Origin: Pseudomonadota bacterium
GTDB taxonomy: Bacteria; Pseudomonadota; Gammaproteobacteria; Burkholderiales; JABEVD01
Assembly: GCA_021802655.1 (NCBI GenBank)
Contig: JAJZRP010000004.1
Location: 3,288 to 67,287 of the forward strand
Direction: 5' to 3'
Length of the DNA stretch: 64,000 bases
Shown here: positions 57,295-64,000 of the stretch, one piece after another
Layout: each line of letters opens with the position of its first letter
Position numbering within the stretch: position 1 is the first letter of the stretch
Notes under the pieces: generated by a model
What the model was told of the DNA's origin: nothing
Database searches by the model: none
Seen by the model: only the letters and a program-made list of their open reading frames with translations
Program-made: the position numbers and the translations under genes

Positions 57295-58653
57295 ATGAAA
57301 CTCGCGATCCAGTTATTCGCCATCCTGTCCACGGCACTTTTCCGGACGGCAGACGCGAATGCGCATGGCAGTCTCTACGCGGCCTATGTGGTGCTCGGAA
57401 ACAATGGACAGGGCATTGCTCGGGTCATAACCGGTGCACAGGATTGCCCTTCCATCGAATTCGACGGGAAGCCGGGAAAAATGCATTTCAGGGCCTCCCC
57501 TGGCAGCGTTCCGGCGCGCACCGGGTCGCTCAAGAATGCGCAGTTTCCCGTGCTGGTCTGCGAAGTGAAGTTGCCTCCTCATGTCGAACATATCAGCATT
57601 GCAGGAAAAGCGCTGCCAGTTCCCAAGAAGAATCCGCAGCGTATTGTCGTGATCGGCGATACGGGTTGCCGCATGAACCTGAGCGAGCATGCTTTCCAGT
57701 CCTGCACCGATCCGGAAAAATGGGCGTTCCGGCAAATCAGCACGGCAGCGGCGGCTTTCAAGCCAGATCTGGTGATCCATGTCGGCGACTACCTTTACCG
57801 GGAAAGCCCCTGCCCGAAAGGAGCAAAAGGATGCACAGGCAGCCCCTGGGGCTACGGGTTCGACTCGTGGCGGGCCGATTTTTTCGCCCCTGCAAAACGG
57901 CTCCTTGCCGCTGCGCCCTGGGTGATGGTCCGCGGCAACCACGAATCCTGTTTTCGCGCAGGCCAGGGATGGTTTCGCTTTCTCGATGCGCAACCCCTTG
58001 TTCCATCAAGGTCCTGCGACGATCCCGAAAACGATTCCCAGGGGGATTTCAGCGAACCCTATTCAGTGCCGGTCTCGCACGACACGCAGTTGATCGTGTT
58101 CGATTCGTCGAAAACCGCCAATTCTGCTTACTCCCCTGAAGACAGCACCTATCAGCGCTATCTGTCAGAATTCCGCAAAGTGGACGAACTGGCGGGCAGG
58201 GTGCCGCACAGCTTTTTCCTCAGCCATCATCCGGTGCTCGCTTTCGCTCCGGGAGAAGGGGAGGACAGCACGATCAAGCCTGGAAACAGGGGGCTGCAAT
58301 CCGTGATGCAGGCGCTTCATCCGGTACGCCTTTTTTCGCCTGGCATCGATGCGGCGTTTCACGGCCATGTCCATCTTTTCGAAGCGCTGGATTTTGCGGA
58401 CGATCACCCCGCCACTGTCGTGGCAGGAAATTCTGGAACGGCAACCGACAGTCCGCTCCCGAAAGCATTGCCTGAAGGCGCGCATCCGGCGCCGGGGGCA
58501 ATGGTGCGCCGAATCATCTCTGGGTCTGGAGTCGGCTTTCTGACCATCGAACGCATCGGCAAGCAATGGCTGCTGACCGAACGGAACCGCTACGGCAAAC
58601 CGCAAGTGCGCTGCACCCTGCGTGGCCAGTCCCTGCTATGTGCCAGGCTGTAG
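57295..58653 (+). CDS. secreted metallophosphoesterase with purple-acid-phosphatase-type metal-binding blocks
   Basis: ATG 57295, 1 nt after the tonB stop. Signal peptide MKLAIQLFAILSTALFRTADANA. Ordered blocks VIGDTG / HVGDYLY / VRGNHE / FLSHHP / FHGHVHLFE. Confidence 0.75.
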   Translation: MKLAIQLFAILSTALFRTADANAHGSLYAAYVVLGNNGQGIARVITGAQDCPSIEFDGKPGKMHFRASPGSVPARTGSLKNAQFPVLVCEVKLPPHVEHISIAGKALPVPKKNPQRIVVIGDTGCRMNLSEHAFQSCTDPEKWAFRQISTAAAAFKPDLVIHVGDYLYRESPCPKGAKGCTGSPWGYGFDSWRADFFAPAKRLLAAAPWVMVRGNHESCFRAGQGWFRFLDAQPLVPSRSCDDPENDSQGDFSEPYSVPVSHDTQLIVFDSSKTANSAYSPEDSTYQRYLSEFRKVDELAGRVPHSFFLSHHPVLAFAPGEGEDSTIKPGNRGLQSVMQALHPVRLFSPGIDAAFHGHVHLFEALDFADDHPATVVAGNSGTATDSPLPKALPEGAHPAPGAMVRRIISGSGVGFLTIERIGKQWLLTERNRYGKPQVRCTLRGQSLLCARL

Positions 58654-58702
58654 TCGAATGGCGCTCGACTCGCTCATCTTCATGGTAGGATAAGGACCCG
58701 CA

Positions 58703-59371
58703 ATGGAGCTGGATATGCGCGTCCTGATTATCGAAGACGATCCCATGATCGGCCGGAATCTCGCCCTGGCGCTGAAGGAAGCCGGGCTGATCGCGGACTG
58801 GGTTCAGGACGGCATCCAGGGGCTGGATGCTGCACAAGCAGGGCATTATGCCGTGGTTCTGCTCGACCTGGGGTTACCCCGAAAATCCGGGACGGACGTA
58901 TTGAAGTCGATGCGTGACCGAGGAATCGACACGCCTCTCCTCATCATCACCGCAAGGGATGGAATCGATGACCGCGTCGAAGGGCTGGACCTGGGTGCCG
59001 ACGATTATCTCGTCAAGCCTTTCAGCTTCAAGGAACTGCTGGCGAGGATACGCGCGATCGTGCGCAGGCAGGGCGGCCACGCCGCATCGATCATCGGCAA
59101 TAGCGAAATCGCCCTCAACCTGGCATCCCACGAAGCCACCTACCGGGGCAAGACTCTGGTCCTTTCGGCCAAGGAATTCGCCCTGCTTCACACGCTCGTC
59201 GCCCATCCCGGAACAATCTATTCCCGCAGTCAGATCGAGGAGCGCATCTACGGATGGGGCGAAGAAGTCGAAAGCAATGTCGTCGACGTGATCATCCATT
59301 ATTTGCGCAGGAAATTCGACAACGAGATCATCCGCAATGTGCGCGGCATAGGCTGGATGGTGGTGAAATGA
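58703..59371 (+). CDS. OmpR/PhoB-family response regulator (QseB/PmrA-like)
   Basis: 222 aa. Receiver domain (VLLDLGLP, KPF), C-terminal winged helix (LSAKEFALLHTL, VRGIGW). Confidence 0.9.
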   Translation: MELDMRVLIIEDDPMIGRNLALALKEAGLIADWVQDGIQGLDAAQAGHYAVVLLDLGLPRKSGTDVLKSMRDRGIDTPLLIITARDGIDDRVEGLDLGADDYLVKPFSFKELLARIRAIVRRQGGHAASIIGNSEIALNLASHEATYRGKTLVLSAKEFALLHTLVAHPGTIYSRSQIEERIYGWGEEVESNVVDVIIHYLRRKFDNEIIRNVRGIGWMVVK

Positions 59372-60696
59372 ACTCGCTGAAGAAGCAGCTCATCATTCTG
59401 TTGGTCGGGCTGCTGAGCATAGTCGGCGTGCTCGCCGGCAGTATTTCCTATGTGCTCGCCAAAAACGACGCCGGGGAATTGCTCGACCATCAGATGCGCG
59501 AGGTCGCTCGGAGCATCGACGAAGGCTCTCAGCTTCCCGCGATGCAGACCCGGTTTTTCACCGAAACCGAGGAAGAGCGGGAAAGCGATTTCGTCATCCA
59601 GGCCTGGTATGAAAATGAGCCGGTTCGTTCGTCCCGTCCCGATTTCACGCTGCCAAGGGGAAATAAAACCGGGTTTTCTGACCTGACGATGCATGGCAAT
59701 AAATGGCGGACCTATACCATCGTTTATCCCGATCGCACCGTGCAGGTTTCCCTGTCAGGGGAAGTCCGCCGGGAAATCGCTACCGCTGCCGCTCTGCGTT
59801 CGGTATTGCCGATAGCCGGGCTGATCCCGCTTTCCTGGATTCTCGTAGCCGTGGTTGTCGGGCGCATCCTTAAACCGCTCGACGCCGTCACGGCAGCGGC
59901 GACCCAGCGGGATGCCTCGAGTCTCGACCCATTGCCTGCCGACAATGTCCCGCAGGAAGTTGCTCCCCTGATCGCTGAAATGAATGCCCTGCTGCTGCGC
60001 CTCGGGGATGCGCTCGAATCGCAGCGCCAGTTCGTGTCGAATGCCGCACACGAACTGCGCACGCCGCTGGCCGCGCTTCAACTGCAGATTGAGAACCTTT
60101 CCCTTTGCCAGTCCCGGCAGGATATGGATACGCGTATCGGAGAATTGAAAGCGGGCGTCCATCGTGCTTCCCACCTCGTCAACCAGTTGCTGAGAATGGC
60201 TCGCTTCGAAGCGGAAAAGCCGTCTGCCAAGCACAATGCCAATCTCGGCCAGATCGTAAAAAACTGCATCGGCAGTCTCATTCCGCTTGCCGAAAAAAAG
60301 GGAATCGACCTGGGAATGGTGCGCGACGAAGAGATCGTCATCCAGGCGAATTCGGATGCACTGCGCATCCTGTTCGACAATCTCATCGACAACGCCATAC
60401 GCTATACGCCGTCCAATGGCAGGATCGACATCAGCGTAATCTCGACAGGGAAAAAAGCTTTTGTCGAAATCGCCGACAACGGCCCCGGTATCCCCGAGCA
60501 CCTGCTGCCGCGCGTCTTCGACCGTTTTTTCCGAGCAAGTGGTCAGGTGATCGAAGGGAGCGGCATCGGGCTCGCCATCGTGAAAGCGATAGCGGACCGG
60601 GAATCGGCCGAAGTCGCATTGGCCAACAGGCAGGACAATGCAGGCCTTGTTGCAAAGATCTCTTTCGATATCCTGAGCCAGGGCGCTGCACAATAA
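59368..60696 (+). CDS. two-TM sensor histidine kinase (QseC-like)
   Basis: ATGA overlap with the regulator gene. Periplasmic loop between two TM helices. H-box SNAAHELRTPLA, N-box DNLIDNAIRYTP, G-boxes DNGPGIP and GSGIGLAIV. Confidence 0.9.
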   Translation: MNSLKKQLIILLVGLLSIVGVLAGSISYVLAKNDAGELLDHQMREVARSIDEGSQLPAMQTRFFTETEEERESDFVIQAWYENEPVRSSRPDFTLPRGNKTGFSDLTMHGNKWRTYTIVYPDRTVQVSLSGEVRREIATAAALRSVLPIAGLIPLSWILVAVVVGRILKPLDAVTAAATQRDASSLDPLPADNVPQEVAPLIAEMNALLLRLGDALESQRQFVSNAAHELRTPLAALQLQIENLSLCQSRQDMDTRIGELKAGVHRASHLVNQLLRMARFEAEKPSAKHNANLGQIVKNCIGSLIPLAEKKGIDLGMVRDEEIVIQANSDALRILFDNLIDNAIRYTPSNGRIDISVISTGKKAFVEIADNGPGIPEHLLPRVFDRFFRASGQVIEGSGIGLAIVKAIADRESAEVALANRQDNAGLVAKISFDILSQGAAQ

Positions 60697-60767
60697 GGGT
60701 ATTACAGGGAGCGGAAGAAGCGCGCATTGCGCCGCCGCAAAGACAGCTTCCTTTTAGGGAAAAGCCA

Positions 60768-61676
60768 TCAGACCGGAACGATGCCCTTGAGGGTCGCGAA
60801 GCAGGTTTCCTTGAGCACGGAAAGAAAGTCGGCGAAATAGGCGCGATTTCCCATATCCTCAGTCGTTGCGGCATAGAGGCTGGACCAGAGCCCCTTCTTC
60901 CCGATGCGCTTCGCGATCACGTAATCGTGTTCCAGGTAATTGCCGAGCCCCCAGCTCGGCAGCGCCGCGATGCCGCGCCGGCTCGCCACAAGCTGCAGGA
61001 TCGCAACGGTCAGCTCCGCCGTGCGGCGGGCGGGATGGATACCCAGAGGAATCAGCACTTCGCGCAAGAGATCGATCCGCTCATCGGGCACTGGATAGGA
61101 GATCAGCGTCTCATCCAGAAAATCGGACGGCTCGATGATGCGCCTGGATTTCAATTTATGGTCGACTGGCAATACGGCGAGCATCTCGAATTTGAACAGG
61201 GGATGGTAAACGATGCCTTCCCTCTTCACCGCGTCCGAAAGGATGACGATATCGGCGCGGTCGCCGAGCAGGGCGATCGGGTCGCTGTGAAAGCCAGAAA
61301 CAAGATCGAGCTCCACTTCGGGCCACGATTTCCTGAATGCATCCATCACCGGCATGAGCCAGTCGAAGCAGGTATGGCATTCGAGCGCGATTCTCAGGGT
61401 TCCCGCATGAATCGCCTGCATTTGGGACAAATCCCGCTCCGCCGTGCGGATTTCCGCAAGAATCGCCTTCCCGAGATCGGCAAGCCTCTTTCCCGCATCG
61501 GTCAGGCCGAATGACCTTCCTTTCCTTTCCAGCATTGCGAGGCCGTAATGCTCCTCCAGCGCCCTGATCTGGTGGGAAACGGCTGACTGGGTGAGATGGA
61601 CACGCTTCGCAGCAGCCGAGACGTTTCCGGATTCGTTTATTGCAATGAGCGTTTTCAGATGTCTTATTTCAAGCAT
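60768..61676 (-). CDS. metR: LysR-family activator of methionine synthase genes
   Basis: [45 protein letters not shown] parallels the E. coli MetR N-terminus. Divergent from metE. Confidence 0.85.
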   Translation of the reverse strand: MLEIRHLKTLIAINESGNVSAAAKRVHLTQSAVSHQIRALEEHYGLAMLERKGRSFGLTDAGKRLADLGKAILAEIRTAERDLSQMQAIHAGTLRIALECHTCFDWLMPVMDAFRKSWPEVELDLVSGFHSDPIALLGDRADIVILSDAVKREGIVYHPLFKFEMLAVLPVDHKLKSRRIIEPSDFLDETLISYPVPDERIDLLREVLIPLGIHPARRTAELTVAILQLVASRRGIAALPSWGLGNYLEHDYVIAKRIGKKGLWSSLYAATTEDMGNRAYFADFLSVLKETCFATLKGIVPV

Positions 61677-61686
61677 TTTTCATATA

Positions 61687-61699
61687 TGAATATTTTTCA
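61687..61699. promoter_or_regulatory. MetR box (TGAA-N5-TTCA) in the metR-metE intergenic region
   Basis: TGAATATTTTTCA is an exact fit to the TGAA-N5-TTCA consensus. It is followed by the inverted repeat TGTTTT-ATCA-AAAACA (61700-61715) and TATAAAAT (61743-61750) as a possible -10. Confidence 0.5.
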
Positions 61700-61778
61700 T
61701 GTTTTATCAAAAACATTTCATTTTTCTAATGTTATCACACTCTATAAAATGACCTCACGAATTTCACGAGGACACATC

Positions 61779-64000
61779 ATGGCAATCTCTCACAACCTCG
61801 GTTTCCCGAGAATAGGCGCGCAGCGCGAACTGAAAACGCTTCTTGAAGCCTACTGGAAGGGGCAGACAAATCTGCAAAACCTGGACGAAGGGGCGCTAGC
61901 CCTGCGCAGAAGCAACTGGATCAGGCAGCGCGATGCGGGAATGGATCTCATCCCAGTCGGGGACTTCTCCCTTTACGACCATATGCTCGACATGACCGCA
62001 ACCCTTGGGGCGATTCCGGAGCGCTTCGCGCACAAGGGAGAAGTCGATGCCGACTGCTATTTCTCGATGGCGCGCGGATCGAAAAGCGCCGCAGCGATGG
62101 AAATGACCAAATGGTTCGACACGAATTACCATTACCTCGTGCCGGAATTCACCTCAAAAACGAAATTCAGCATCAGCTCAATGCGGCTTTTCCGTGAAAT
62201 CGAAGAGGCGCAGGAGCTCGGCATCGCTCCGAAACCTGTTCTGGTAGGCCCTCTCACCTATCTTTATCTCGGAAAGGAGAAGGAGGAAGGATTCGAAAGA
62301 ATTTCGCTCTTCGAAGATTTGATCCCCCTCTACCATGAAATTCTCGGAAAACTGGCAGACATGGGGATCGAATGGGTTCAGATCGACGAGCCTGCCCTTG
62401 CGCTCGATCTGCCCGAAGAATGGCTGGAGCGTTTCATTCGCGCCTATTCCGAACTCGAATCCTCGGGCATCAGGACATTGCTCGCCACCTATTTCGGTTC
62501 AGTGGAGGAACACGCGGATCTTCTCAAGTCGCTGCCGGTACAGGGACTTCATATCGATTTGTGCCGGGGGAGGAATCAGCTCGATTCGTTTCTGAAGGAT
62601 TATCCCCGGGAAAAAATCCTTTCCCTTGGGGTCGTCGACGGCAGGAACATCTGGCGCGCCGACCTGGAAAAGGAATTTTCCTTCCTGAAACCGGTTCACG
62701 ACAGGCTTCAGGAAAGGCTCTGGGTCGCGCCAAGCTGCTCCCTCATCCACTGCCCCGTAGACCTGGAAGCGGAGGCCGGGCTCGACAGGGAAATCAGAAG
62801 CTGGCTCGCCTTTTCCGCGCAGAAACTGAAGGAGGTGGCGTTACTGAAGAAGGGGCTGAACGAAGGCGGGAGCGCGATCCGCGGCGCCCTCGAGTCCTCG
62901 TCCCTGATCCTGGCGGAGCGGCGCGCTTCTCACAGGGTATCGAATCCCGTGGTGGAAGCGAGGCTGGCCAAGCTCACGGACTCGGATCATAAAAGGGCGA
63001 ACCCCTTCGAAGAGAGGCAAAAAGCGCAAAGAGCACGGTTCGGGCTGCCGCTCTTTCCCACCACGACCATCGGCTCCTTCCCCCAGACAGAGGCCATCAG
63101 GAAGAGCCGCGCGGCTTTCAGGAAAAAGGAGGCGGGCTTTCTCGACTATCTGGAAGCCATGCGCGCTGAAATCCGCCTCGCAGTCGGGAAACAGGAAGCT
63201 TTGGGACTGGACGTTCTCGTGCACGGGGAGGCGGAAAGAGCCGACATGGTCGAGTATTTCGGCGAGCATCTTTGGGGCTATGCGTTCACTGATAACGGCT
63301 GGGTGCAGAGCTACGGTTCGAGGTGCGTCAAGCCGCCCATCATTTACGGCGACATTTCGAGGCCTGAGGCGATCACGGTCGCCTGGAGCAAGTATGCAAA
63401 ATCACTGACCGAAAAGCCCGTGAAGGGCATGCTCACCGGCCCCATCACCATGCTGCAATGGTCTTTCGTCCGGGACGACCAGCCGCGCAGCAAAACCGCT
63501 CTGCAGCTCGCCCTCGCGATAAGGGACGAGGTTCTGGATCTGGAAAAGGCGGGGATAGGCATGATCCAGATCGACGAGCCCGCCATCCGGGAAGGGCTTC
63601 CCCTCAAGAAACCGGATTGGGCCGAATATCTGGATTGGGCGGTCAAGGCGTTCAGGGTCGCAAGCTCGGGAGTCCGGGACGACACCCAGATCCACACCCA
63701 CATGTGTTACGCGGAATTCAACGACATATTGCCTGCCATAGCGGAACTGGACGCCGACGTCATCACCATAGAAACATCGCGCTCCGACATGGAACTGCTG
63801 GACGGATTCGGAAAATTCGACTATCCCAACGAGATCGGGCCAGGAGTGTATGACATCCATTCGCCGCGCATTCCGGAAACCCGGGAAATGGCGCGCCTTC
63901 TGGAGAGGGCGTGCAGCGTGATCGATCCCGAAAAGCTGTGGGTGAATCCCGACTGCGGTCTCAAGACCCGCGGCTGGGCTGAAGTCGAAGCCGCCCTCGG
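61779..64000 (+). CDS. metE: cobalamin-independent methionine synthase, 3'-partial (runs off the window end)
   Basis: Not in the ORF track because there is no in-window stop. I translated it by hand: [19 protein letters not shown]..., [10 protein letters not shown], ...[10 protein letters not shown]..., [16 protein letters not shown]. Open in one frame for 2222 nt. Confidence 0.95.
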   Translation, partial: MAISHNLGFPRIGAQRELKTLLEAYWKGQTNLQNLDEGALALRRSNWIRQRDAGMDLIPVGDFSLYDHMLDMTATLGAIPERFAHKGEVDADCYFSMARGSKSAAAMEMTKWFDTNYHYLVPEFTSKTKFSISSMRLFREIEEAQELGIAPKPVLVGPLTYLYLGKEKEEGFERISLFEDLIPLYHEILGKLADMGIEWVQIDEPALALDLPEEWLERFIRAYSELESSGIRTLLATYFGSVEEHADLLKSLPVQGLHIDLCRGRNQLDSFLKDYPREKILSLGVVDGRNIWRADLEKEFSFLKPVHDRLQERLWVAPSCSLIHCPVDLEAEAGLDREIRSWLAFSAQKLKEVALLKKGLNEGGSAIRGALESSSLILAERRASHRVSNPVVEARLAKLTDSDHKRANPFEERQKAQRARFGLPLFPTTTIGSFPQTEAIRKSRAAFRKKEAGFLDYLEAMRAEIRLAVGKQEALGLDVLVHGEAERADMVEYFGEHLWGYAFTDNGWVQSYGSRCVKPPIIYGDISRPEAITVAWSKYAKSLTEKPVKGMLTGPITMLQWSFVRDDQPRSKTALQLALAIRDEVLDLEKAGIGMIQIDEPAIREGLPLKKPDWAEYLDWAVKAFRVASSGVRDDTQIHTHMCYAEFNDILPAIAELDADVITIETSRSDMELLDGFGKFDYPNEIGPGVYDIHSPRIPETREMARLLERACSVIDPEKLWVNPDCGLKTRGWAEVEAAL

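Noticed and set aside
1-64000. I looked for tRNA, rRNA, tmRNA, RNase P, CRISPR repeats, integrase or att-site signatures and classic defence genes.
   Set aside because: I saw no T-loop (GGTTCGAATCC-type) contexts, no regularly spaced direct repeats, no integrase, recombinase, restriction, Cas or toxin-antitoxin-like ORFs, and no non-coding gap large enough for rRNA. The only mobile DNA is the IS5 remnant.

Overview
This looks like a chromosomal segment from a moderately GC-rich Gram-negative bacterium. The gene order (ribF-ileS-lspA-ispH, pcnB-folK-dNK-panB-panC, hda/purMN, dapA-bamC) and the CysB and MetR regulators suggest a betaproteobacterium; that is inference only, with no search run. 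I support about 65 protein-coding genes, most of them housekeeping: cell envelope, cofactor, purine and pantothenate synthesis, assimilatory sulfate reduction through APS reductase, and methionine synthase. I found no rRNA, tRNA, CRISPR array, prophage or recognisable defence system.

Two real features are absent from the ORF track. One is metE, which runs off the 3' end of the window without a stop codon. The other is a 34-codon membrane ORF with a strong Shine-Dalgarno sequence.

The non-routine parts are:
- **Candidate system.** A self-contained operon encodes a TonB-dependent receptor, ExbB, ExbD, TonB and a purple-acid-phosphatase-like esterase, followed by an OmpR/sensor-kinase pair. It is preceded by three TCAC direct repeats at 11-bp phasing that resemble a Pho box. 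This is my best candidate for an under-described system, but I cannot establish novelty without database searches.
- **Decayed patch (879-4765).** It holds an IS5-family remnant with a recognisable left inverted repeat and CTAA target site. It also holds leftovers of a [NiFe]-hydrogenase maturation cluster: a frameshifted hupK-like gene, an intact hypC and a 3'-truncated maturation protease.
- **Envelope/shape cluster.** A bactofilin and an M23 peptidase sit next to an outer-membrane barrel and a lipoprotein.
- **Sulfite reductase.** It carries a C-terminal helical extension of about 160 aa.
- **Smaller items.** An orphan FapA/DUF342 protein, a Crp-family regulator with a Cys-rich tail, and several small uncharacterised ORFs.

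Many long ORFs in the track are codon-aligned antisense or alternative-frame shadows of real genes, and I rejected them. All family calls rest on motifs I could read in the translations. No BLAST, HMM or RNA-folding run was possible.
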